In this document: one piece after another, positions 13,574-23,348 of the stretch
How the letters are laid out: every line of letters begins with the position of its first letter
How positions within the stretch are numbered: position 1 is the first letter of the stretch
Assembly: GCA_965655095.1 (NCBI GenBank)
Contig: OZ296651.1
Span: 66,402,001 to 66,466,000 of the forward strand
Source of the DNA: Haplodiscus bocki
Lineage: Eukaryota
Reading direction: 5' to 3'
DNA length: 64,000 nucleotides
The notes under the pieces: model-generated
The model's database searches: none
Told to the model about the DNA's origin: nothing
The model's input: the letters and a program-made list of their open reading frames with translations, nothing else
Program-made: the position numbers and the translations under genes

Positions 13574-14205
13574 ATGTCTACCAAAAAGCAAATTTCTAGC
13601 TTGTGCAATTTTTATTCAGTATACGAAGAAATACCAGAAGAATTTTTGGACGAAACACACGTAGATAGTTACTTTTTTCACAACATTTTGGATATTTCAC
13701 AGTCCCACAACCGAATAGTTCGAGTTAGCAAATGATCCAACAAAAAGTCCTTTGCATTCAAAGTCTTTCATTTTTGCGATTCAAAGTTGCAGCAACGATT
13801 CATTCTCAAGGAAGAAGTCAGCATTTCCAAAAACGAAATTAAGTCTCTACTCGACAGTTTGGGTGAAATTCTCAAAGCTTTGATCAAGCCAGCAAAGTAT
13901 CGCAGATTCCATTACCCAAATCAAAATTTGAGATTGGATTTACAAAAGCAAAAGACGAACTGTTCAGTCATTGTTACAAGGATATGGTTGAGCATTTAAA
14001 CAGACAAATTCGAATGTCGTTTCGGTTTGAAAAGAAGAAGACTTGTGTCTTTTCCATCAAAAACTTTGAACATTACGGTGATCAATTCATTCTTACAGAA
14101 GTTGTCAACCTGGGTTACCGCGAAATCGAACATCTCTACAAGAATCGATTTTTTGTTGCCTACAGGTGTAACATTTTTCAGAGCAACTACAATGTGTACC
14201 ACTGA
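13574..14205 (+). pseudogene. Polinton accessory protein, possibly two PC4-like ssDNA-binding repeats (stop and frameshift)
   Basis: MSTKKQ... reads through a stop at 13733-13735 into FAFKVFHF...EEVSISKNEIKSL; second repeat RQIRMSFRF...VFSIKNFE...EVVNLGYREIEHL. The strand-strand-strand-helix pattern resembles PC4. Confidence 0.4.
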
Positions 14206-14692
14206 TTTTGCGTATGACAATAGTGTCATTATTATCCTTGGGGACTTGTATTGTCCAAATACAAAGTGTTTAGGTAAACTTTGCCTCCACAAAAAGACTT
14301 TTCATTCTCTCGGCAGAAGTGATTATCAATGTCCGCAAAATGGGTCTGTTTGTCAGGTACGCAATATTCCCTTTGAAGATCAAACAAATTCCTTTTTCTT
14401 GTCGTTTGGTGCAGGGGTTTACAATTTTGAAGAGAGTGCGAAAACATTTCAGGATGTTATTGGAGATGTGTATTGTCCTGGCAAGTATTGTCTCAACAGA
14501 GAGAAATGCGAATTTAATGGTGGTTATGTAACAACTCCAAGATCCATTTATGGTTGTGCAAAGCGTGGAGCCTGGTTGTTTGTTCACAAAGTTCCTTTCA
14601 CGTTACAGGAGCACGTTAAGACAACAAAAACAGACAAAACACGCTTTTTCTTTGCTAAAAAAGATGTTACCCGACAAACAAATGTTCATTAA
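14192..14692 (+). CDS. Cysteine-rich Polinton accessory protein with two GD(L/V)YCP modules
   Basis: ILGDLYCPNTKC and VIGDVYCPGKYC; intact ORF. Confidence 0.6.
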   Translation: MCTTDFAYDNSVIIILGDLYCPNTKCLGKLCLHKKTFHSLGRSDYQCPQNGSVCQVRNIPFEDQTNSFFLSFGAGVYNFEESAKTFQDVIGDVYCPGKYCLNREKCEFNGGYVTTPRSIYGCAKRGAWLFVHKVPFTLQEHVKTTKTDKTRFFFAKKDVTRQTNVH

Positions 14693-14867
14693 TGTCCCAT
14701 TTCAATCAACCAAATATGGAAAGAAAGAAATGTGCGTGGACATCATCAAGACTATTGGAGATGTGTATTGTCCAACATGTAGAATTGAAAAGTGTGTTTA
14801 CATTTCAACCAATAAAATGAATAGTTTTACGACTGTAAAAAGTGCAAAGTCTGCTGTCTCGTTTTGA
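14682..14867 (+). CDS. Small Cys-rich protein with a third GDVYCP module
   Basis: MFINVPF...TIGDVYCPTCRIEKC; start overlaps the previous stop. Confidence 0.5.
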   Translation: MFINVPFQSTKYGKKEMCVDIIKTIGDVYCPTCRIEKCVYISTNKMNSFTTVKSAKSAVSF

Positions 14868-15315
14868 ATATTCCTTTTCGGGACCAAAAACCGACAATTA
14901 TTTTGTTTGGTGGTGACGGTACACATTCTTTCGCAAGAAAGACGAGTCGGGATTACGAGAAGCCTTCTCCATTTTTGAAGAATTTTCTCCACCAATCACA
15001 ACCAAGCACATCCGAACCTGAACCAAAAAAAGGTTAAAACGAGTCCAAATATGGAATAAACGTAACCGTTTCCTATTGGTTGATGATTTGAGCAACATAT
15101 TCATTTTTCAAATCATTTTATTCAATTTCAATCTACAATCAACCGCTCAAATTTAGTCTGTCAACTTACACAAAATCATCTTGATCTTCTCAGTCTCCAG
15201 CGACGGAATCCAGTGGACTCTCGATTTTGGACTCGACTCTGTTACTATTGCAGTAAATGATCTCGACCAAAATATAACAATCAGTTCACAAGAAATACCC
15301 CTAGCAGCGTGGTAA

Positions 15316-15759
15316 TTGTTGTTGTCTCAAAGACAAGATTTATTGGATAATCATCTGCCACGAGTGCCAGTCACTGAGAACCAAGAGGGAACAATTGAGA
15401 TCAGAGACGAAGTACTCTCCAGTGTGGGGGCTCACGACTTGGACACTAGCAGCTATCAAGTGTCCGATCTCGAAGATATGGAGTTCAACTGGGAAAATTC
15501 ACAATTGGACATGGACGCAGTTTTCAGACCAAGCATAGACACCCCTTTTTCTCCAACAGTTTTTGACGAATTATTGATGGGCGATGGATCAGTTGAAAAC
15601 CCCATTGTTTTGGATGAAGAGCGAGACAAGGAGAATGCTCCGCCAACAACACCCGTGTCTGAGCGTCCAACCGAACCTCCCAGATTACTGAGAAGTCGTG
15701 CTTTTGGAGCAAGATTAGAAAGTGTACCCGAATATGTTTATAGAAATTTGTTTCAATAA
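15316..15759 (+). CDS. Acidic, probably disordered Polinton accessory protein
   Basis: 147-aa D/E/P-rich ORF with DKEN motif; true start uncertain. Confidence 0.5.
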   Translation: MLLSQRQDLLDNHLPRVPVTENQEGTIEIRDEVLSSVGAHDLDTSSYQVSDLEDMEFNWENSQLDMDAVFRPSIDTPFSPTVFDELLMGDGSVENPIVLDEERDKENAPPTTPVSERPTEPPRLLRSRAFGARLESVPEYVYRNLFQ

Positions 15760-15846
15760 GTATTACTGTGTTGTTGTTTTGATATAATTTTTACTTAACG
15801 TGTTTTATAGCCTTTTAATCATAGCCTTTTTCAAAACTAGTCAGAA

Positions 15847-16107
15847 ATGTGTGAGATAAAAGCTGTATCAATTGTTGCAGTTTTACTATTAGCCGCAGGT
15901 GGTTTTTACACATATCAAATAAATTCAAAGACAAAAGTGGAACAACATAGCGAAATCAAACGTGAAAGTCCTGGCGAAAACGAGTACAAAAAGTATTCTA
16001 TGAACGGAGGCGAATGCTATTATCTAGCTGACGAAGATATTGTAGGCTGTAACTGTACATGGTTATATGGATGAAAACGATGTGAAAAGTACATGTGGTG
16101 GACTTAG
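15847..16107 (+). pseudogene. Secreted/anchored EGF-like growth factor
   Basis: N-terminal hydrophobic segment VSIVAVLLLAAGGFYTY, then SP[G]ENEYKKY[S]MNGGECYYLADEDIVGCNCTWLYG*KRCEKYMWWT*. Restoring GGC>TGC, TCT>TGT and TGA>GGA gives C-x7-C-x5-C-x10-C-x-C-x8-C with the NGG-C and YxGxRC EGF signatures. Confidence 0.8.
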
Positions 16108-16119
16108 GTAAATTGTTTA

Positions 16120-16590
16120 AAATCTGACGCGTTGTAGAAAAAACTTTTTATTCAAAATCTGACAACACGAAAAAAATTTATTCAAAATCACGCCTTTTAC
16201 AAAAATCTTTTTCATTCAAAAACGTGCTTTTTAGAAAAAAATTTTTTCTTTGAAATCGTGCTTTTCAAATTTAATATTCTCTTCAAAATCGTGCTTTTAA
16301 AATATGCACGTAAAACTCAAAATTTTCGCATTTTACGGGGTAAAATGAGACAAAACGTGACTTTTTGTGTGCAATTTCTTTTTCAAAATCGTGCTTTTTA
16401 AAAATAATTTTTTCTTCAAAATCATTTGTTCTAAAAAAATATTTTTCTTCGAAATCATGCTTTTTAAAAGCTCCTTCTTCTTCAAAATCTGACGCCTTGT
16501 AAAAATTTTAATTCAAAATCTGACGCGGCGCAAAATTTTTAATTCAAAATCTGACGCGTCGTAAAATTTTTAATTCAAAGTCTGCTTTTT
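16120..16590. repeat. Internal degenerate tandem array (TTCAAAATCTGACGCG / TTCAAAATCGTGCTTTT units, ~30 bp)
   Basis: About a dozen recognisable units in the non-coding centre of the Polinton. Confidence 0.8.
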
Positions 16591-16645
16591 AAATTGTGTT
16601 TTCAGATTTTGGCTGAATTATAATCAAAGGACAACTTGTTGGATA

Positions 16646-16831
16646 ATGACAACGGCTGGGTGTAAAAAGATTTTTTACGACTGTGTGATATGTGTGTGCC
16701 TCACGTTTGCTACAATCTTTTTCTTTATTGCGTTCCTTATGGCGCTTGGGTTCTTGATGGGTGTGTTGACTATATCATTTGCACTACCAATTGACTCTTA
16801 CAAATCTCTTTGGATTTCAAAAAATGGTTAG
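16646..16831 (+). CDS. Small hydrophobic membrane protein
   Basis: 61 aa with a ~35-residue hydrophobic stretch. Confidence 0.4.
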   Translation: MTTAGCKKIFYDCVICVCLTFATIFFFIAFLMALGFLMGVLTISFALPIDSYKSLWISKNG

Positions 16832-17419
16832 TTTATAAAGATTTTTTTTTACTAAAATACTATCATAATTACCGTGCCCATCTGAAAAACAATCTACAAT
16901 TTTGATTAAACCCAACTCAAATTTAGTCTTTTTAACTTTTTCAATTTTTTCTACAAACACTGATCCACCAGTTTGCGTCGATTTAGTCTTTTGAAAGGAG
17001 CTGAACAAATGCTTTTTGTACTTTTTCCTCAAGAGTCTCTTTTTTGCAATGCTCGGCATTCTGTCCACTCCCTTGTTTCTTTGATTAAATTCAACTGCTC
17101 GTTGCACGTTATCAAACACTTGTCCACGCTTTGCAATAAATTTTCCACTAAATCGATACTTGAATAGTGAATACAGACAGTCCACGTGTTGATAGGTGAA
17201 GCAAAATGTATCCAACTTCTTCAGAAGCTCTTCAACGTTTCCAGGTAGTAATATATGATAATTACAAGAGGGTAAAAAACACGTCTTTTCGTCGTGATGG
17301 GCGATGCAGTAGTCTTTACAAACAATGTATTTTTCATATGTGTTCGCTGAAATAAAAAGTGTTTTTTCTGAGAGTTTTGCGTAAAAGCTGGGTATTGTCT
17401 GTAACATAATGGCTGCCAT
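16817..17419 (-). CDS. Polinton accessory protein (Cys/His N-terminal motif, basic C-terminal half)
   Basis: 200-aa ORF from MAAIM; CKDYCIAHH...CFLPSCNYH; KKRLLRKKYKK NLS-like. Confidence 0.6.
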   Translation of the reverse strand: MAAIMLQTIPSFYAKLSEKTLFISANTYEKYIVCKDYCIAHHDEKTCFLPSCNYHILLPGNVEELLKKLDTFCFTYQHVDCLYSLFKYRFSGKFIAKRGQVFDNVQRAVEFNQRNKGVDRMPSIAKKRLLRKKYKKHLFSSFQKTKSTQTGGSVFVEKIEKVKKTKFELGLIKIVDCFSDGHGNYDSILVKKNLYKLTIF

Positions 17420-17490
17420 CTGAATTTTGCGTCGTAATTTTAACAAATGAATCTGAAAAGACAAGCTTTAATATTAGTTGTACAATCCTA

Positions 17491-17597
17491 CCAAAAAAGG
17501 AAAGAGGTTCCATATATGGAAATGACACGTGACAATGACCAAAAAAGGAAAGAGGTTCCATATAAGGAAATGTCACGTGAGACTGACGCGTACAAAA
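17491..17597. promoter_or_regulatory. Duplicated 48-bp module with 4 CArG boxes and 2 E-boxes in a divergent intergenic region
   Basis: CCAAAAAAGG 17491 and 17539; CCATATATGG 17510; CCATATAAGG 17558; CACGTG 17526 and 17574; TACAAAA (TATA-like) 17591. Confidence 0.6.
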
Positions 17598-17691
17598 GCA
17601 GTAACTTTCATTTCTCAAAATCATTGTTCAACTTTCATTCTCAAAAATCAACTCGCTTCTTTCAACTACCAGCATTCTATCTCGTTCACCC

Positions 17692-18272
17692 ATGGCCTAC
17701 AATACTACAGAAACCTTGGAAAAACAGGCTCGCACCGACTATGTGTACTTTGCCAAGAGTCAAGACAGATTTGGACGCCTTTCTTGGTCCAACAATGACT
17801 CCAAATATTTGGATATTAAACTAAAAGTGTTCAAGAGAGAAAACAAAAATGCAGAATTTCGACTGAGACAAAACCTTTTAATGGGAGAAGCTGATTTCAA
17901 CCAGTTTATTCGACAAAGAAATCAACTAGTTGTTGCAGGAGATATTTTTCTCAGAGAAGAAAATTTGTCTCCAGTTCTTCAATCTACACTGTGCAAAAAC
18001 ATGGAGGAGCAATTGAAGCTTGTTCAAAATGTGATTGACGTTGTAGATCGCCCAAACAGAAAAGTTTGTGTGACAATACTGCGATACAAGGCGGACAACC
18101 CAGACTCCTCCTATGCTCAAGTTCGTCTATTCGGCGGAAGATGGAGGAAGAAAAATTTCAACAAATTGTGTATGTCAACTATAGACTTGACGACTTTATA
18201 TATCTTCTTGACGTCATGAATTCAGTGTATGATAAAGTAATTGCTAATCAACCCATTTGTAATATTTTGTAA
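17692..18272 (+). pseudogene. Tandem PC4-like ssDNA-binding protein (frameshift near 18135)
   Basis: YLDIKLKVFKR...QNLLMGEADFNQF and KVCVTILRY...YAQVRLF...VYVNYRLDDFIYL repeats. Confidence 0.55.
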
Positions 18273-18318
18273 TTGCAACTATTTACTCTAATCATTTATT
18301 CTTTTTGTTCGAGTCAGA

Positions 18319-18735
18319 ATGAGTTGGAACATTGGAGATAATAGAAACCTCTTTCTCAAGCTAAAAACAAAATTGGGACTGTATCCTGTTGAACTTAAAA
18401 GTAAAGACTCTCCCGAAAAAATTACGCTGACTCTGGTAAAATCTCAGCAATTACCAGATTTTGAAGAGGCTGATTCAAAAGATCAAATTTCTTGTTTAAA
18501 ATGGACAATTTACAATGGTACGAGAAAAGTATGCATCAACTTTCAAACTGATACAGACAAGGTGAGAATTGTCGTGTACCGCTATCGAAACAACACGTAT
18601 CTCAAGGATACTGAAATGGATTTGAAGTTGACTGAATACAAAAAACTTCTTGTTAAGCGCGTTTACCTCTTGAGCTACATTGACATTTTCTACAAGCGAT
18701 GTATTGTATTGGATGAAACAACTGTTCATAACTAA
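18319..18735 (+). CDS. Polinton accessory protein, C-terminal PC4-like pattern
   Basis: Intact 138 aa; RKVCINF...VRIVVYRY...EMDLKLTEYKKL. Confidence 0.5.
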   Translation: MSWNIGDNRNLFLKLKTKLGLYPVELKSKDSPEKITLTLVKSQQLPDFEEADSKDQISCLKWTIYNGTRKVCINFQTDTDKVRIVVYRYRNNTYLKDTEMDLKLTEYKKLLVKRVYLLSYIDIFYKRCIVLDETTVHN

Positions 18736-18803
18736 AGCAAACTCTGACAATGATGAATGTTCTCTTTCTAATTAGTGTTTTCCGATTGTACCCGGGATTT
18801 AAA

Positions 18804-19157
18804 ATGTCATTTGAACACAATAGTGTTCTCAAAAATCTATTTTTAAGCGCAGGTTTCTGTTGGAACTCTCGTCTTTCTTTACGTGAGATGGACCAAAAAT
18901 TTCCATTTGGTGGACTCATTGGTTATGGAAACTCCTATTTGGACTCTGTATTTCGTTACTCCAAAGTATTCAGACTGCAAGCAATATTACACGATGCTGC
19001 TGGGGCAGTGCGAGCACATAGTGGCGAAGGACCTGGCTACTGCTACATGATCGGTGGAGGACCTAATTCTTGCTTGCTTGGTCACGTGACTGGACTATTA
19101 TTTTGTCTTTACGTAAAAATCTTTCTACCCTCCATTTTGAACTCCATTGACTTTCGA
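18804..19157 (+). CDS. Phospholipase A2-like protein (parvoviral VP1u/adintovirus-type)
   Basis: GLIGYGNSYLD...QAILHD resembles the xGxGNxxLD...AxxHD PLA2 motif; hydrophobic C-terminus. Confidence 0.5.
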
Positions 19158-19163
19158 AGCAGT

Positions 19164-19619
19164 AGGTCTCGCATTGTACTAGATATAGAGCTAACTGACA
19201 AAATTGTAATTAAAGAACTGGGACTTTTCATTGATGGATATGTACAAGGCTTTTCATTTTGTCCACCAAAGACTTTTAAACCTAATAAACAGACGACATG
19301 GAACACGAGACATCTACATGGAATTGCGTGGAGTAGTGGAAAGCTGGAATAAGAGAAGCTGTTTGCTTTCTTTTACGACATAAAAGTAATGAATGCAGAA
19401 GTGGTTGCTGAAGGACTCGAAAAGTGTAGACTGTTGACCAATCTTCTTGGACAAAATGTAGAAAACTTGGATGACTATGGTTGCCCAAAAATTCAAGATC
19501 TTGTCAAAACGGACAATTTGTGGATCTGCTCTAGTTACCCTTTCCGACACAAAACAAGGCTTCACTGTGCCGAGAGGAAAGCAAAGGTGTACGGAGAATG
19601 GGCTATGCAACATTTGTAA
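19164..19619 (+). pseudogene. DEDD/Maelstrom-like 3'-5' exonuclease-fold protein common in Polintons
   Basis: IVLDIE...IKEL...WNTRHLHGIAWSSG...GLEKC...NLDDYGCP...C...H...HCA; in-frame stop at 19350-19352. Confidence 0.65.
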
Positions 19620-19720
19620 TATTTGTACGTGTTTATTGTGTTTGTGTTTACTATTAATTCAATTCTTTCAACTCGACATGATTTCTTCATCCATTTTGAG
19701 AAATTGAGCTTAGAAAACAG

Positions 19721-19981
19721 ATGACTGATCAAGAAGATAACATTAATCTAGGTAAAATTGTCTTTGACGACAACAATCATGAGAGAAAGTCTTGGGCTTG
19801 TTTGGGACAAACCTGTTCCAGATCGATGATTGTGTCTCTATCCCAACTTTTTGTTATTTTGTTGATCATCTTGGGATGCTTTTTGAGAATTCACCTCTCG
19901 AAAACTTGTGACGAATCAACTGTTTGGGTTGGAATTTTCTGCAGTGCGGCAGGATACATTTTACCCTCACCAAGATTATGA
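19721..19981 (+). CDS. Small two-TM membrane protein
   Basis: SQLFVILLIILGCF and VWVGIFCSAAGYILPSP; stop overlaps the ATPase start. Confidence 0.65.
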   Translation: MTDQEDNINLGKIVFDDNNHERKSWACLGQTCSRSMIVSLSQLFVILLIILGCFLRIHLSKTCDESTVWVGIFCSAAGYILPSPRL

Positions 19982-20570
19982 ACAAGTTAATTTCTACAAC
20001 GAATCGAGTCTTAATTTCATTGGTTGGTCCTTCCGAAACTGGAAAATCGCAACTTATTTAGAATTGGCTAAAAATTGGAACATTTCAACCAAAGTTTGAC
20101 AAGGTATACTTTTTCTATCAACATTCCCAACCTCTTTACGATGTTATGCAAAAGGAAATTGAAAAACTCGAGTTTGTGCAAGGAGTAAACTTTGAATTTA
20201 TTGATTCGTTAAAAAAACAACGGTACAAAGTACTTGTTAATTTTTGATGATTCTTGTGGAGAGATTTGCAACTCAAAGGCCTTTGTTGACATTGCCACCG
20301 CTGGGAGAGATCGGGGTCTGAGAACAATCTATCTTAAACACAACCTTTTTCACCATAGCAAACTAGGAAGAGACGTTGAGTTACAAAACACTCTTATTGT
20401 TCTCTTCAAGTCCCCTCGTGATGTAATGCAAATAACTACCCTCAGCACACAGTTGGGTCTTGGTTCAGAGCTGGTTGGGTGGTATCGAGATGCAACGTCT
20501 GTTCCCTTTGGTCATTTGTTGATTGATTTGTCACCGTGGACAGACGACAGATTATGTTATTGCACAAACA
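19978..20570 (+). pseudogene. A32/FtsK-like DNA packaging ATPase
   Basis: Walker A GPSETGKS, Walker B LLIFDD, AGRDRG, HNLF, LFKSPRD, FGHLLIDL; one stop and one frameshift. Confidence 0.92.
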
Positions 20571-20599
20571 GAGAAATTGCTCTACTCTCCAAGTGTTCC

Positions 20600-20865
20600 A
20601 ATCGGTTTCCCGCAATTGCAAAAGCCACTTTCTTCAGTCTTACCCAAAAGAATTTATCCGGTTTCTATGCGAATGCATAGTAAATCTGCTCAAAGGAAAC
20701 TTGCAAGCCATAAAAAGAAATCACGTGGTAAAGTTTCAAGACGAAGTTTGGTTACTATCGCTAAAAAGAAAAACTTGGAAGCAAAGAAAAAACGTTCTGT
20801 CGTCAGAAAAGTGATTGGAACTAATAACAGTCATTACACCTCCCGTCATTAATCATTTGTCTTGA
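20600..20865 (+). pseudogene. Conserved small basic Polinton protein (putative core protein)
   Basis: FIRFLCECIVNLLKGNL...KRKTWKQRKNVL pattern typical of Polinton ORFs next to the ATPase. Confidence 0.6.
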
Positions 20866-20866
20866 T

Positions 20867-21265
20867 ATGGAACAGTTTGTTCTTGTCCCAGCTTCTGTGT
20901 ATAACAAGAGTGAACACTCTGTTACAAAGCAGGAACTTGCAAAGTACAAAGCTGAGCAACCCCCCACGTAGCAGATTGATTCTCTAAACCTTAACAAGAA
21001 ACTGTTTGACAAAGCAGACCCCCTAGTAGACAAGATTTTATACTGTTCTCGCATCAAGCTTTCAAATTCGCAAAGAATAATTTTGGACGGTGTTGATACA
21101 AGAGTGGTAATCTCGGACTTTACTCTACATTTGCGTCGAAAAAACGCAGACGTTCCAGACATTTACTTTACTTTACTCGACGCTGCTGGAATATCACCCT
21201 CTCTAGTTTTTAACCAGAATGCCAAAGCTAAAGATAGAGGAAGCTGGGTCCCTTTCAAAGTATGA
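20867..21265 (+). pseudogene. Conserved Polinton protein upstream of integrase
   Basis: MEQFVLVP...LDAAGISPSLVFN...W; one in-frame stop near 20970. Confidence 0.55.
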
Positions 21266-22157
21266 ACTTCAGAAACTGCAGAGACTGTATACGCAAGGTG
21301 CTGCTGCTTACGGTTCTGTACGCAACCTGGCAAAAGCTAGCCGATTACCAGAGTCAAAGGTTAGACAGTTTTTACATTCAAAGGATTCTTATACAAAATT
21401 TACTTTGGCAGCACGAAATTTCAAGAGAATGAGGGCTTTTGCTAGATTCAGAAACGAAATTAGGTGCATGGATCTTGCTTACGTTGATAAATTGGCAAAA
21501 GAGACTAACGGAGTAAAGTATTTACTAGTTCGTCAAGACTTGTTTGATAGAACTGTAAATGCTAAAGGAATGAAAACAAAAGACTCAGAAGAAACTGTGA
21601 AAGCCTTTTCATCCATGATTACAAAAACGAATCGACCAAAAAAGAATTGGGTTGACAAATGAACCGAATTTGCTGGAGCGTTTAAAAAATTTTGTGCTGC
21701 TGAGGGGATACAAGTTTACTCTACAATGAGTGAGACTAAGGGTGCTTTTGCTGAACGTACAATACGATCATTGAAATATATTCTTTACCGACACATGGAA
21801 GATTATGCGTGTAAGTATATACACAAACTACCTCAATTTAGCACCACCTTAAACTCTAGAAGAAACAATTCGATAGATATGAGACCCAATACCGTAAAGA
21901 ATTGCGACTTTATGTCTACTCTTTACAGTAAACACTTACGAGAATTCAAGAAACCTATATTTAAAATTGGTGACAGAGTGCGAATCTCAAAGTATGACTT
22001 GCCTTTTCGCAAAGGGTACAAACCGCAGTTTACACGAAAATTTTTTGAAATTGTAGCAAGTGCAACAAGAAAACCGCCAACATACACAATCAAGGATGAG
22101 CAAGGCGAGGTTATTCAAGGCAAATTTTATCAAAAAGAGCTCATTAAAGTCATTTAG
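21219..22157 (+). pseudogene. int: Retroviral-like DDE integrase of Polinton
   Basis: MDLAYV, QDLFDR, WVDK*TEF, FAERTIRSLK, FKIGDRVRISK, FRKGY; one in-frame stop at 21660-21662. Confidence 0.95.
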
Positions 22158-22159
22158 CA

Positions 22160-22962
22160 ATGGATTCATTTACAATAGAGTTGGTTTCTAACGCTTCTGG
22201 AGAATTGTTTCCAGACAATACACTGAGCTCTTTTACAAACTTTTTACCAGAACAAGTAAATTTGGACGGGCAATGGGAGGTTGCAATTTCAGAAGTATCC
22301 TACCCATCAATGTACCAAAACATAACGGAGGGATATTTCAAGTTATTTGACCAGAAACTTTCAAAATCTACGTCAACCTACAATCTAGAACCCGGGCTAT
22401 ACACTTCCATCACAGACATTGTGGAAGCCATGAATACGCTTGTTCAAGAGAGGAACAACCACAACGAAACTTGCATAACAGTCAAGGCTTCTCGTAGATC
22501 ACAAAAAGTTGTAATTATGCTTGAAAACGATACCTCTGGTCTTGCATTCTGTAACACCGACTTGGGTCACATTTTTGGTAACAATGTGGGAAACCCATTT
22601 GGGGTACTGATGAAAGGAAAAGGCACCATGAACCACAATTTGCTTATGGCATTGTTCGTATCCATTCGCTGATGATTTACAGCGATGTAGTAGAGTACAG
22701 CATTGTTGGAGATACAAAGGCTCCCTTGCTACGATGCTTTCCCTTTATCTCAAAGCTGAAGGGAGCAGACATTAAAACAACTGGACAGTACATGAACTAT
22801 CAGACATTCAGTAACCTACAGTTTAGACCACTGCTCAAAAATTCTTTTCATAGTATACACATTGATCTTAGAGACACATCTGGTGAAAAAACACCCTTTG
22901 TGTCTGTCGGTATCACTCGGCTTGTTTTGATGTTTAGAAAGGTGTCCAGCATTCATTTTTAA
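22160..22962 (+). pseudogene. Minor capsid protein (penton)
   Basis: FTIELVSNAS...FPDNTLSSFTNFLP...GQWEVAISEVSYP; IYSDVVEYSIVGDTKAPLLR; frameshift near 22625. Confidence 0.9.
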
Positions 22963-22980
22963 CACATACGATACGACAAG

Positions 22981-23346
22981 ATGGTTGCTTCAAGACAGGT
23001 AGAAATTCCATACTATAGAGCGGTTGGAAGACAGAGGGGAAGGGGATTTGGGGCTCTTGCACAATTTATTGGGAGAACTGCAATTCCATTTTTGCGTAAA
23101 TATGTCGTCCCAGCTGCAAAACGCGTAGGTGCTGACTTGTTGGAATTTGCTGTGCCAGAAATTGCAGAGGTTGTTAGTGGTAGAAAGAATTTCAAGACGG
23201 CTGCAAAGAGTGTGGGAAAGCAAACTCTGAAAAAACAATTGGGTGAAGGAAGCAGGAAAAGGACTGGAAACAGAATCATTCCAACAAAATCTACTAAACA
23301 ATCCAGTCGGTCGCGAAGAGACATTTTTGCAAACATTTCTCGTTGA
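22981..23346 (+). CDS. pVII-like basic core protein
   Basis: RQRGRGFG...GRTAIPFL; K/R-rich; lies between penton and MCP. Confidence 0.8.
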   Translation: MVASRQVEIPYYRAVGRQRGRGFGALAQFIGRTAIPFLRKYVVPAAKRVGADLLEFAVPEIAEVVSGRKNFKTAAKSVGKQTLKKQLGEGSRKRTGNRIIPTKSTKQSSRSRRDIFANISR

Positions 23347-23348
23347 TC

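Noticed and set aside
17447-17824. ORFs with duplicated QKRKEVPY peptide
   Set aside because: Translation of the 48-bp regulatory duplication, overlapping the PC4-like gene out of frame.
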